DNA of 64,000 nt from the human T2T-CHM13v2.0 reference genome, Homo sapiens (GCF_009914755.1 NC_060932.1), one strand, 5' to 3'; numbered from the stretch's first letter, positions 1 to 13,711 are shown. The notes: a model not told the origin generated them from the sequence alone. Translations and numbers: made by a program.

Positions 1-277
1 TCTCCTGAGGCCTCTCTCTTTGCTTTACAGATGGCCACCATCTCCCCGTGTCCTCACGAGGTCATCCTTCTGTGCATGTCTGTGTCTTAATCGCTCCTTT
101 TAAGGACGTCTGCCATATTGGATTAGGTTCCATCTGAATAACCCTATTTTAACCTAATTATATATCTAAAGACTTGATCTTCAAATAGAATCACATTCTG
201 AAGTACTGGGGGTTAGGACTTCAACATATGAATTTTTTGGTGAGGGGAGTGGAGGGGTCACAATTTAGCCTATAACA
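1..277 (-). mobile_element. MaLR LTR fragment (MLT1 family), cut by the window start
   Basis: Typical MLT1 reverse-strand motifs 'cacattctgaagtactgggggttaggacttcaacatatgaatttt' and terminal 'cctataaca'. Confidence 0.8.
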
Positions 278-879
278 CTTAGGGAGCTGCATTTTCACAG
301 TCTTGGCCAACAGAGGACACCAATGCTTGTATCCCCGCTCCTAGGAAGGGGCAGGTGAGATCTGTCTCCCTTGCAGAATGCTCCTGGACGCACAGCCTGT
401 TCCGCCTGGGTATCCCTGTTTGCTTGTGTATCCCATCTACTTCCATACGGCAGGGAAAGAAAAACAACTTTTAATACAATAAAAGGTTGTGCTCTCTTTG
501 AACCGTGGGGTTGTTTTTCTGTTACCAGAAAACACTTTTTCTTTCTATCCATTAGATAGCATCTTCTCTGTGTGCTATTTACCTTTTCTTCTAGCCCTTG
601 CCTTCTCTCTCCTCCCATCTGGCAATTACCAGTGAAGTTACATAAATTGGTCTCCTTACCCATCATTATACACAGGAGTCGTACCCAGCCTGCCCTGGGT
701 ACATGCTGTCCTCTGAAAAGGAAGTGGACTTACAAAACTGCATCACTACAGGACTTTAGAAATATTTGAAGAGAGATAAACAAGCAGCCATGAACTTGCC
801 ACACCAAAACAGATGTCCTCATTTTGCATATCGCTGGCTGTTTCTTAGTTGCATGCTTATAAATAAATTTTGCTTCAAT

Positions 880-1188
880 ATCTGTGAGGATCCAGTCAGG
901 GAAACAGAAGCTAAACTAGTTGTTTTAACAGAGAAAATTTAATACAGGGAATTGCCCTAACAGGGGCTGGAGAATTGAAACAGCAGAAAGCCATGAAGGG
1001 AAGAGGTGAGATGATCGAAACACAGAGCTTGGTGGAGGGTCTCTGTGCAGCTGGGGCTCAGATCTTTGAGAAGGGGGTCCTGCCCAGCAGCTGCTGGTGT
1101 CTCTGAGGTGGCACATGAGGCTGGCTCTGGAAGTCTGGAAAGAAGGTAGACGCTGTAGTAACTGCTGCCACCGCAATGGAGTGCCATG
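880..1188 (-). mobile_element. Old ERVL-class LTR fragment, probably the 3' LTR of the adjacent ERVL remnant
   Basis: Begins 'ggatccagtcagggaaacagaagctaaactag...aatttaatacagggaattg', like reverse-strand ends of old ERVL LTRs; orientation matches the pol remnant. Confidence 0.5.
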
Positions 1189-1340
1189 TTTTCTTCTGAT
1201 GCTACGTTCTAGGAATTTTATAGTTTTGCATTTATATTTGGGTCTATAATCCACTTTGAGTTAATTTTTGTGAAAGATATAAGGTCTCTGCCTTTTTTCT
1301 GTAGCATCAGAAAAAAACATGGCACTCCATTGCGGTGGCA
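1166..1340. repeat. 40-bp inverted repeat (1166-1205 / 1301-1340) around a copied L1 segment
   Basis: tgccaccgcaatggagtgccatgttttcttctgatgctac matches the reverse complement of 1301-1340 at 39/40; 1189-1293 matches 11542-11646. Confidence 0.95.
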
Positions 1341-1349
1341 CTCCATTAA

Positions 1350-1660
1350 ACATGCATTTAATATACATAACCTACTGAACATCACAGCTCAGCCTAGCCT
1401 GCCTTAAACACGCTCAGAACACTTACATTAGCCTGCAGCTGGGCAAAACCATCTAACACAAAGCCTACTTTATAATAAAGTGTAACTTTCTTTTTAACTT
1501 TATTTTTTTCATGTAACTTACTGAATACTGTGGTAAAAGTGAAAAACAGAAGGGTTATATGGGCACTTGGAATACAGTTTCTACTGAATACCTGTCACTT
1601 GTGCACCATCATAAAGTCGAAAAATCCTAAGTCAAACCGTCATAAGTCAGAGGTCGTGTG
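1350..1660 (+). mobile_element. MER47A-like (Tigger5) MITE lacking its left end
   Basis: 'cagcctagcctgccttaaacacgctcagaacacttacattagcc...cataagtcagaggtcgtgtg|ta'; right end with TA present, left TIR absent. Confidence 0.8.
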
Positions 1661-1662
1661 TA

Positions 1663-4400
1663 CAGAGCAAGAACTGGGTTGCTGGGAAGGGGGTCAGCTC
1701 ATATCCACCTAGTTATTAAGAGCCTCCACTGCAGTGGATGTCCTAGAGTGAGCATTCATACGGGGCATGCATATCTCCACTACCTCTGCTTATTCTCAGA
1801 GATCCAGCCACAGATGCCCTTGTCATTAATTTTCCAATCTTGTTCTCTCCAAGTCCCTAACAAACTGCCAAACCACTAGCCACTCCCCATGAGTCAGTGT
1901 AACTGTACCTTTGGCTACCTCTTCTAAGAGGACAACAGATGTACTGATTGAAGTTCCTCCTTCTGTCTTTTGGGGCACTCCTGATTGGGCTACAATAAGC
2001 AGCAGTCCAGTTCCCATATTGCGCAGAGCTAGATGTAAGAAAGGTCAGAGCCTTCCTCCCTCCTCAATCAATGAGTCGGAAGGAATTCCTCATGAGGTTG
2101 TAGGAGTGGACTGAGGGAGAAGATGCAAGAACAGAAGCAGCTGTCAGGGAGTCCGAGATAGATGCTCATGCAGGTCACCTGTGCTTTCTGCACCTGCTTG
2201 AGCTTCATTCATTAGCCATTTCTACCTGGAAGTGTCCAGCTCTGGTCCTGTACATCCCCTGCTTTATGAGTCACTGTGTCAGACAGCACCCCATTTGTGA
2301 TGAGACGCTCAGGCCACATAACCATATGATGTCCCATGGTCAGGTATTCAGTCCCTATCAGGTGTGTTGCAAGGCAGGAGCCACTTCTCAAAAGGAGAAT
2401 AATTACCTGAAGAAGAGGGCAAGGCTTTGCTCCTAAACCTTAGATCCCTGCATGACAATTGCCCTGCTGCAGCTGTCAGAGGCTTCACGCTGCATTGCTA
2501 GTTTCCATAGAAACTTCAAGCATTGTGGATATTCTGGGTCATAAGGCCCAAGTGACAGTGCGGTTTTCCCTGAAGGCTGAACCTGCTGCAGACACCTTCT
2601 CGCCTCTGGTCCCTGTTCAATACTGGAAGCCTAATGGGTAAACGGGTCAAAATAGCACATTTAATGTGATATGTTTCCTCCAAAATTAAAAAAGGAGACC
2701 CACCAGGTAGCAGCAACTTGTTTTCAGTGATAAGAGGAGAAAGGTACAACAATTTTCACTTTGAATAGGATACCCCAATATGCTCTGTTTGGACTCAGGA
2801 CTCATCTCCCATCCTCCAGCCTGCATGTGTCTTCTTCCTATGGTATCTAAGGAAGTCACTATTTCCTGTGCATCAGGTCTCATCTGCATAACACTGCCAA
2901 TATAGTGGACCAGTATGATTTTTGTAGGATGTAAAGACTGTTAAGATCTCTACTCTGAGGCAAAAAAAAAAAAAAAAAAAAAAAAAACCCAAAAACTTGA
3001 AAGTGTACTGTTGATTCTGCCAGTTAAAACAAATGGCTTCTGATGCTCCTTGGAAATGGGTGGAAAGAGAACTAAGCACCTGGCACATTGGGTGCTACAC
3101 ACCAGATGCAATGAGTTGTGCTGATTTGCTCCAGGAAAGTGTTGGCATCTGGAGCAGCAGCTGCAAGAGAAGGCAGCATCTGCTTAGGTTTACAATAATC
3201 CATGTTCTCCAAGATCCATCTGCTCCTGACAGACTCAACAGATCTGTAAAATGAGCAAAGTGATAAGTATCACCACTTCTTCCTTCGAGTCTTTGATGGT
3301 GGCCTTAATTTCTGCAGATTCTCCTAGGGATATAGTAAAGCTCTGGGTTTCTATCCTAGCAGAGGGGATGTTCCAAGGCCTTTCTGCTAAGATAGAAAGT
3401 AGTGCTCATCGTAGGGATCAGAGAGCCAACGTGGGCATTCCTCATACCACATTGAGTGTGGTGACTCTGTGCATCCGGGACATGGAGAAGTGATAGTAGG
3501 GATGTCCTTGTACCTACTGGGCCTGCTGTGATTTGGACTTGAGCTAAAACTCCATTTGTCAGCTGACTATTAGACCATTCCTCCCACTTTGACTAGTAGA
3601 TCACATGGATGTTTTGGGTCCCTGGGAGCAAGCATCAGTTCCAAGCTAGGGTCTTGTAATGCACAAAAGGTCCAGAGATTCTTCTTTCTAGTGCATGATC
3701 ACCATTTCTTAAGGTTGCATACCCTTTGGGAGAAGGCAAGGAGCAGCACATACTTGTGACAGGGTTGCAGGGGCCTTCCTTAAGGTGACTTGGTCTCTTC
3801 AATGAAGGGTCTGTGAAAGGGCTTGTGTCTAGAAACTGGAGGAAAGTTTTTCCATTGGAGTGATGCAAGACTCCCCATTGTGGCGACTCTGCAGACCAAG
3901 AGCTATGTTAGTAGGCTGTCCATGCACTGCATTCCCAGGGACACTGTGATACATGAGCCACCTTGTACCAAAGATCTGTGCGGATCCCATTCACCAAGTC
4001 GCTCCTGCTGCTCGTCACTCTAGATGTGCCCACCTTGTCTCTGACAGTTAAGTGCTGCCTTTGGCCTCTGTTGGTCATCTTCCTCCCTGAAATCAGGGAG
4101 CCCATCTCAGTAGAGGCATCCTACAGGGTCACACTGGGATCCGGGAGATGGGCCCCAGAGAGCTTTGCTAGGACACTGCTGCTTTGCCCACTGCTATGAT
4201 TCTCAAGGTCGTAGTCAAGAGAATGCCCTCTTCGGGGATGAAGAAGGGGTGAGGCTTGGTGTACAGGTTGCGTATGATAAATCCAGCCCAACATTACCAT
4301 ATCCATAAGCTTTTGAACTCTGTCCTTTACATTATACCAGGAAAGTTCTGGAATCCCAACCTTGGTGAATATAGGCTACCACTAAGTTATAATCTCCCAG
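1663..4400 (-). mobile_element. Decayed ERVL internal region (RT and RNase H of pol; probably protease/gag further right)
   Basis: Minus-strand translations give 'FNWQNQQYTF' (RT, cf. FTWQGQQYTF), 'GWEMSP', an LVGL motif and a TDSW-AVASGLA/NAH RNase H region; many stops and frameshifts; right boundary approximate. Confidence 0.8.
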
Positions 4401-6673
4401 CCAAGCAGACCATTAGAACTAATCTCAATTACAGTAGCTAACATGTTCAATCCCACATGTCCAGCGGTTTGACCCCTATGTACTGATAGGGGTCTTAGTA
4501 CTACTTAGGGCTACTTAGTACTTAGTACTTAGTACACTTAGCCCTGTCTCATGCTGTGTCCTCTCCCCCTTGGTCCACCATCCCTACAGTTTACTCCTAC
4601 ACACGTTGCAAAGTTTAGAGGAGCACAATTTGCATTCTATTCCTTGGCCAAGAGAAAAAGGCCGGGGAGTCTTAGTTGGAGTCCACGAGGCTGCTGGCTG
4701 ACGACTAATCGAGTAGCATGGTAATCCTTTGTTTTACTGCCTTATATATGTTTTGCGTTTATAAGTCCAATTTACAGAAATGCCTCACAGGGTGAATGAA
4801 AGTGAATTTCTTGGAGGTCCCATGAGGACTGAGTGAGCCACCTCCTGCACCTGTGCTCTCTGCCTGGCCGGCGAGAACAACATCTAGAGGCTTCTTTGAA
4901 GGCTCACCTTAGTTAGGGCTGTTGGACAAACAAAATATGTCAATGTCTTCATTTGAGAGGCCACAGAACTTTGAAAACAATTTTTTAAGGAGACTTGAAT
5001 GGAGTAGCTGGTGTGTACTTTGCAAAGCTTTGGAGAAGCTTTGAAGCTGGCCCTAAACAGTGCAGGCCAACACATTGAAGGCTTCTTTGAATGCTGGGTG
5101 TCCAGGGCTGTTAATGCCTTACTTGCACCTGCTATGAGGCTCAAAATAAAAACAACAACAACAAAATGAAAACAAAAAGTAGATCTCTTGATTAAAGGAA
5201 AATGGAAAGCCATTGGTGTCAACATGTTGATTTCAGTCCTCATATCTGACAGTAATATTTGTATACTTCTGTCTATACTTGTTAAATCTCTAATAAATAC
5301 ATTTTCTTGCTAAAAACTTATACATAGCAAATTCTTACCAGTTTATTAGTTAAAATTGGACTTCCTGTAGGCAAAGGTAAGAATTCTTTGCAATGTCAAG
5401 GAGAACCGAGACACTTCACCCCTCAAAATGTGCTATTGCATTAATGCGGTCAGGTTGGAAGCATTTGAGAAGCCTATTGCAAACCTCAGCTTGTTTATAA
5501 GAATTTTACAGAACTCTAGTTCATACAAGCTCATACAAGTCATACAAGCTCTATTGCTTAATTCACTTCCTAGACAGTGAAAGTGAAGTTTGTAACCATC
5601 TGTCAGAAAGTGATACAGTTAGGAAAATGTAGTTATATGTCAGCTAACTCCATTTCACTCAACAAACCGTATGATTAACACAGGTGTGTTCACAGGAAAC
5701 ACAGTGAGTGTTGGTCTTTGCTTAATGGAGTCTCAAGAAGACATTTTCAATGCTACAGGAGGCCTTTTCTTTCCCCTGCTAGAAAATTCATAGTCTTGTG
5801 ACATTTTTTGGCAGTATGTGAAAATACAAGGAATTGATGGTGTGGATTCCTTGACACTTTAGGGAGGACTGCAAAGGGTTCAGAGCTTTGCTTCTAGTTT
5901 TTGATGGCATGAGATGCCATTTAGAAGCTCCTCTGAATGCTCACTGTAGCCAGCTTTTAAGTACAATGAGTTTGTTTGCTAACTATTATTATTTTGATAT
6001 TAAAAAAATCAAACGGCTACTATTGGATTGCTTGCTTCTGTGGATCGCTAGGACTTTCAAGTAGAACTTAAATTCCAGTTCTAGAAATCCAGATAAATAT
6101 TTAGAAGCTTCTGTGCATATTTGTGGAAGTCAGGGATGCGTTCAAGTTGGAGTGCACCAACAAACTCCTCCATTTCTTCAGCCAAAAGCCCCTGCCTTCC
6201 TCATAGAAAGTACACCTCCATGGGACACCTGAAATGGATTCCTTTCAACTTGAAGCTCTGTGAAATCAACGTTTGGAAGTGTCTGTGCTTGGTGACTATG
6301 CTTATGGCTGAAGTGCAACAAAATATTATAGTAATTTTTGTCTGCTTTACTGACACTTACACCTCTGACAGCACTTAGTTTGTGAGAACTGGAGTTGGGG
6401 GCTCATTAATAAATATTAACTGTTGGAGGAGAGTTCAGAGTTTCTCTCTACGCTCTCTCAGCTTGGTAAGGGCTGATTAGATTTAATGATACAGACTGGG
6501 CCACATTTGCTCTCGGGTGGCTTTCCTCTATGTTCATAGAGTCTCTCTGGGGTGAATCCTATGACCTGTCTGTGAGAACCAGTTGAAAGCACAAGAGATT
6601 CCGGTACTAAACATTGATAACAGTGTCAGCAACCTTCCTCTGTCAATGCTGTAAGGCCAGGGTTGAAATTTAG

Positions 6674-7030
<357 letters not shown>

Positions 7031-7353
7031 GTTGCTTGTGAATTGCCTTTGTTCCTGGTTTAGGTGGCATGAGGCATTGAAGCTGTGCTTTCACTTCCTA
7101 AGATTAGAACTAGGACACTGGAGACTGTGTCTTTTGATTCTTCTTTCTGAGAATTCTTTCAAATAGCTTCAGGTCCACTTCCTGTAAGCAAATTAACGTT
7201 TTGACTGTGAGATTTGCACTGGCCTTAACGAAGTATTCATGATTCAATTGAAAGCAATTTAGCGATTGCTGTAGTGAGTACTGACAGAAATCTTCAAAAT
7301 GTCTAGCCCTAAACTACAAGAGTTTGTTTGGAATGGTTATCTATAGCATGTCA

Positions 7354-7700
<347 letters not shown>

Positions 7701-9133
7701 ATATCCATCCATCATTTTCAATACCTAGGATATGAATTTAATCACATGGGGTGGCTTAGTTCTCCCCAAAACTTGAAGGAATCCTCACCAGCATCTCCTA
7801 CATGTGTATTTCCTGTGAATAAAATGGTAGCAGCACTTAAGCAGGGAAATGAAGCTTTGATCATGCATCGGCTTCAGTACCAGTGACAGCAAGAAACAAC
7901 ACAGGTACACCCCAATATTTCTCTTGTTGTCTGCTATTGGTTTCTGAATAACAGCATTTAGTTTTTTTTCTCAATCTTGAAAGCCTGAGCAGCAGCTCTG
8001 CAATGTGAATCTAGCTCTTAAAGTTTTTGTAAGAAGCAAAAAGTGACTATAGCTGATGAAATGTATTTTAAGTGTGTAGCAAACTCAAATGCCCTCTAGG
8101 TGGAGTATTCACAGACACTGGCAGAAATCTCTAATGGGGCTGACTTTATTTATAAGCAGGCAGTGCATATTGAAACTGATATCTTGGCTCTCTGTGCATC
8201 TTTAGGGGAGCAACACCAGCTGTTCTTTGGAAATTTGCAAACAAACTTGCAGTTGTTCTCAGTAGTTCATAGCAGGTGAAATAAAGGAGATATCACCAAT
8301 CAGATTTGGGGGAGTTATGTGCTTTGGTTCTGTTGAGCTTGTTGGCAACCCAGTCTCCTGAAATCTTGCAACTAGTACATTTGGAATATACTATACTATT
8401 GCAGCAATAGTCTCTCTTTTTGATGTTGTAGGCTTTCTTTAGTTGTCTGGTAAACTCTGATTGCTTGTTCATATTTAAATATGAGGCAATAGAAAGACTG
8501 ACCTGGATCTTGGTGGGAGAGGACGTGGCCTGCTAACTGGGTGAGAGGGCAGGGGGACAGTCATCACATAAGTGCCCTCAAACTTTGTCATTGTCCTTAC
8601 AAGGCTGTAGGCAAGGTAACTTGTGTCCCCTAGTTGATGTTTTTCTTTTTTTTCTTTTGCCTTTCCCTGTCATGTATGTGTGAGAGGAGACTGTAGACAT
8701 CTAGTTTCTCTGCTGCTTTGTGGTGGGGTGGTGAACTTGGGCATACACAGACCTTCCATTAACGCCCTGTCTCCTGGCCTACCTTTTCTGCTTTCCCTGC
8801 ACTCTGAGCCCAGTCTGCTGGGTAGGTCTGTGGCTTCCAAGGTTGGGTTCAAAGCCACGCATGCTCAGCTTTCCTTCACTGGCCACACCCCTCCATTTGT
8901 ATCCTGTCCTTCAGAGGTGTATTGAGGTGCCTTATTTACTGGTGAACTTCTCCCGTTCTCTCCCTAATGCTTTAAAAATTGGCTGTAAGCCTATTAGTAG
9001 CAGGATGGTGAGTTTCTAAGTAAGTAAAATGAAGGATTTATCATTCTGCCACATTTTGGGTGATGGCTCAGTTACTTCAAGGAATCCATGCCAGCTATTA
9101 ATAGCAAACATAGTTCATTAAAATCAAAGTACA

Positions 9134-9284
9134 GGCAGGGCATGGTGGCTCAAACCTGTAATTCTAGCACTTTGGGAACCTAAGGTGCTTGGGAGGCTGA
9201 GGCAGGAGGATTGCTTGAGGTCAGGAGTTCAAGACCAGTCTGGGCAACATAGTGAGACCCTGTATCTAAAAAAAAAAAAAAAAA
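9134..9284 (+). mobile_element. Alu monomer (FLAM/AluJ left arm)
   Basis: Single monomer ending 'ggcaacatagtgagaccctgtatct' plus poly-A. Confidence 0.9.
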
Positions 9285-9684
9285 TAGCATAACCTCACCA
9301 TGGTATAGGTGAAATGGAAAGGTTAGCATATAGAAGTAGCCTTCCTACTTTTGTTTTTATTATCTTCCTGTAAATTCATTTTTTCCTACTCAATTGTGCA
9401 ATATAACAACCTTATTTGAAACAGTTCCAGCTGGGATTCTGATGCTTAATAGGTGCTATGCTTTTTTTTTCCCCCAGCAGATAGCCACTAACAGAATTGC
9501 AAATTAAAAACTTAAAGTAAGATTAATTATTATCCTCTGTTTTATTCACTTGAATTAGTTATGTTAGTGAATATGAGGCCCTATAGATTTGGAAATTTAT
9601 GTCTTTAAAAAAAATAAAAATAGATCCCTGACCAGCATTTCTTTTAATATGTTAATTAACTTAAAAATAAATACCTTTCAGTAA

Positions 9685-10270
9685 AATATAAGAAGGAATT
9701 CTAGACGGCTAAGAAACATATTAAAATACATTTAAGCTCATTAGTAGTAAAATGCAAATTAAAACTAATAATAATGAGGTATCTTTTGCCTATAGAGTTA
9801 GCATCAATTTTATAGAATGATAACACTCAGTGCCACAAGGGAGCAGACTGAAAGGAGTGGAAACAGATGTTTCTGGGGGAAAATTTGGCAATAAATATGA
9901 AAAGCCTTAATGATGCATATGACTGTATCAAACGATTTTGCATTTAGGAGCTTATCCTAAACAAAGAAACACTCATGTTTGAAAAAGATATAACTGAAAG
10001 AATGTTCTAATAGTGCTATTCATTCAGCAGAAGTCGGGACCAACCTAAATATCAAAAAATGGGAAACTGCTATAATCCCTTATGGTATACATAAATGGAA
10101 ATCAATATAGCCAAAATAATGTAGAATGTTTACTAACTGGAAAAATTCTCACAGTACATAGTTACAAAAAAAGATAAAGCCTATGGGAGAATATTGATAA
10201 TATGATTTCATTTTTGCCTATTTAATTATTCATTTATGCAAAAAAAAATCTGGAAGGTTGTGCAGGCAAA
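9685..10270 (+). mobile_element. Ancient L1M 3' fragment
   Basis: 'aaatgcaaattaaaacta...atgaggtatc', 'caacctaaatatca', 'tatggtatac' L1 ORF2-end/3'UTR motifs. Confidence 0.7.
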
Positions 10271-10294
10271 GTTTATTGTCAGAAAGAAAACAAA

Positions 10295-12610
10295 ATTTTG
10301 TTGACAGATTTTATGTTTTCAGAGCAGTTTTGGTTTATAGACATGTGAACAGGAAATACAGAATTCCCATATATCTGTTTACCTCCCACCCAGTTTCTCC
10401 TATTATTAACATCTTGCTTTAGTGTGGTACATTTGTAATAGCTAATGAGTCAATATTGATATGCTATTATTAAAGTCCTTGGTTTACAGTAGTGTTTGTT
10501 CTTAGTGTTATATATTTTATGGACTTAATAAATGTATAATGACGTGTATCCACCATGATGGTATCATACAGAGGAGTTTCCCTGCCCTAAAAATTCCTGT
10601 GCGCCAACTGTTCATTCCCCACTCTCCCTAAATCTCTGGCAACCACTGGTCTTTTTACTGTCTCCATAGTTGTCTTTTCCAAAATGCCATAAACTTGGAA
10701 CATGTAGCCTTTTCAGACTGGCTTCTTTCACTTAGCAATGTGCATTTACGATTCCTCCATGTCTGTTCATGGCTTGATAGCTCATTTCTTTTAACCACTG
10801 GCTAATAATAGTCCATTGTATGGATGTCTCAGTTTGTTTATCTATACACCTGTTGAAGGACATCTTGGTGACGTCCAAGCTTCACAACTATGAATAAAGC
10901 TGCTACAAACATTAATGTACACTTTTATGTATGTGGACATAAGTTTTCAACTCATTTGGGTAAATAACCAGGGAGTGTGATTGCTGGATCATATGGTAAG
11001 AGTATGCTTTATTTTGTAAGAAACTGCTAAATGTCTTCCAAAGTGGCTGTATCATTTTTTTATTCCCACCAGTAATGAGTGAAATTTCTTACTGCTCCAC
11101 ACCCTTGCCGGCATTTGGTGTTGTAGTATTTTGGATTTTAGCCATTCTAATGTGTTATGTAATGATATCTCATTGTTGTTTTGATTTGCAATTCCCTAAT
11201 GACATATGATTAAGCATCTCTTTATATACTTATTTGCCATCTGTATATCTTCTTTGGTGATGCATCTGTTCATATCTGCTGCCTATTATTTGGGTACTTG
11301 TTTTCTTATTGTTGAGTTTTATGACTTTTGGGGGTCTCTTTTGGATACCAGTTCTTTATCAGATATGAGTTCTGCAAATATTTTCTCCAGGCCTGTGGGC
11401 TTTGTTGTTTTATTCTCTGAACAATGTCTTTTGCAGAGCAGTTTTTAATTTTAATGATGTGTAACATAACAATTTTTCTTTTACAGATTGTGCTTTTGGT
11501 ATTATATTTAATTATCATTGCCAAACCCAAGGTTATCTAGATTTTTTTCTGATGCTATGTTCTAGGAATTTTATAGTTTTGCATTTTATATTTGGGTCTA
11601 TAATCCACTTTGAGTTAATTTTTGTGAAAGATATAAGGTCTGTGCCTACATTCATTTTCTTTTCTTGTGCCTGTCCAGTTGTTTCAACATTGTTTGTTGA
11701 AAAGACTACCTTTGCTTCATTTTATTGACTTTGCTCCATTATCAAAGATCAGTTGACTATATTTGGATGGGTCTATTTCTGAGCTCTCTATTCTTTTCCA
11801 TTTATCTGCTTGTCTATTTTTTCACCAATACCACACTGTTTTGATTAGTCTAGCCTTTTAATAAGTCTTGAAGGGTAGTGTCAGTCCCACTTAGATCTAT
11901 TTTAATTTTGTGTTGGTTATTCTGGGTCTTTTGCCTTTTCATATAGACTTTATAATCAGTTTGTCAAAATAACTTGCTGGGATTTTGATTGGAATTGCAT
12001 TGAATCTATAGACCTAGGTGGAGAGAACTGACATCTTGACAATATTAAGTCTTCTTATCCATTGCTATGATTTGAATATGTCCGCCATATTTTCATGTGT
12101 TGGAAACTTAATTGCCATTGTAATAGTTTTAGGAGGTGGGGTCTTTCAGAGATGACTAGAATGGATTCATGCTGCTATGTGGGAGCAGGCTTGTTATTGT
12201 GGGAGTAGGCTCCTGATAAAATGATAAGTTTGGTCCCACTTCTCTCACTGTTTTGTGTGCTCACTTGCCATGTGATGCTTTCTGTCATGGCATGCCCCTC
12301 ACCAGATGCTGGCGCCATGCTCTTGGAATTCCCAGCCTCCAGAACTGTGATCCTAATAAATTTCTGTTCTTTACCAATGGCTCAGTGTGTGGTGTTCTGC
12401 TATAGCAGCAGAAAATGGACTAAGACATTCATATAAATGGAATATTTTTCCATTTATTTAGATCTTTGAGTTCTTCCACCAGTATTTTGTAGTTTCTTCA
12501 CATAGATCCTGTATGTTAAAAAATTTATAGCTGTTTCATATTTTGGTGCTAATATAAATAATACTGTCTTTCAAATTTTAAATTCTAATTATTTCTTGCT
12601 TGTAACAAAC
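10295..12610 (-). mobile_element. L1MC/MD-type 3' portion interrupted by an MST LTR
   Basis: 'cagagcagttttggtttatag', 'ttgctggatcatatggtaag', 'ttgtttgttgaaaagact'; the L1 resumes after 12427. Confidence 0.9.
12063..12427 (+). mobile_element. MST (MaLR) solo LTR inserted in L1
   Basis: TG...CA ends 'tgctatgatttgaatatgtcc' and 'gcagaaaatggactaagaca'; AATAAA near the 3' end; degraded TSD tccat/ttcat. Confidence 0.9.
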
Positions 12611-13349
12611 TTATTTCTAAGAGATCATAACCATATCAGAGGATGGGAACAGACGTCTTCTCTCTTACCTATCAAGTTGTTAAATAAAATATTTTGTAGT
12701 AGTTGAATTAAAATATGTGTCAAAGTTTCATTTTAACATTAATGTAAAGGAAAAAACATTAATATATTAAAAAAACTCACTTTCAGAAGGCACATTTTAG
12801 GGGAAAAGAGAATTATCAGATAGTGATTTTTAAACTATATACTAAAAAGTTATAGAAAAAATAAAAGAATATTTGTCCTAAGAATTTATTGTCCCAACTG
12901 GCACACCTTTGAGGGAGCAAGGGCACACTATTAATGATTACACTGAGACAAACCTGGGACTGTCCCCTGCACCCAGTGATGTGTGTCCACTAGAATCTTG
13001 ATGGACAGTCAGTGCAGATCATGATTCATGATTTCCCAGAACAGGTCTTAATCCCATTAAAGTTTATCAGAAAATTGTGTAAGCATTTTTATCAGGAATA
13101 CTGTTTTTCTTTCACAATGAACTGTGAATTACACCATACAAAAAGGTTCTGTCCCATGCTAGGCTTAGCATAATTTTTCTTTGACATTGCCTTTTGATCC
13201 TTATGGAGTCAGCTTCTGGTGGGTATCTAGGAGTCCCTTCTCTCTCTGGTTTCTCTTCCTCTCCTTCTTTTCCCCATGTCTCTCTGCCCTCTTCCTCAAG
13301 TTTCAGATCCTTGCTAGTGGTACTCCATCTTAGGATTTCTTAATAGTAT

Positions 13350-13580
13350 TAGGAATAATAACAGCAAATTCTTATAGAGAGATTAACATATAACAAATAT
13401 TGTTCTAAATGCTATCCATACACTTACAAGAGTCTTTTGAAGTTGATACTGTACGTATCTCATTTTCGTTAAGGAAACTTACGCACAAAGAGGTTAAACA
13501 GCTTGTCTAATATCACAGAGCTAATAAGTGGTAGATTTAAACATAGCAGCCTGGAGCTCCTACTTGTAACCACTTTGCTA
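13350..13580 (-). mobile_element. MIR
   Basis: Core 'ctcattttcgttaaggaaacttacgcacaaagaggttaaacagcttgtctaatatcacagagcta'. Confidence 0.7.
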
Positions 13581-13711
13581 TCCAGAGGAGCATCTTTCAC
13601 ACAAACGTTTCTCTTTCTCATATGGAACGCTTCTCACCTGGGCAAGGTAAATAAGAAAGGTGGGAGTGAAGAGGGATGGAAAACCATTGGTGCACATTTA
13701 AAAAGATACAC

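Noticed and set aside
1166-1340. Novel MITE or pack-type transposon with 40-bp TIRs capturing L1 DNA
   Set aside because: No target-site duplication, the arms include the LTR/L1 junction itself, and extra micro-duplications follow; template switching explains it better
4495-4543. CRISPR-like repeat/spacer array
   Set aside because: Units are 7 nt with 0-4 nt spacers in eukaryotic DNA; no cas genes
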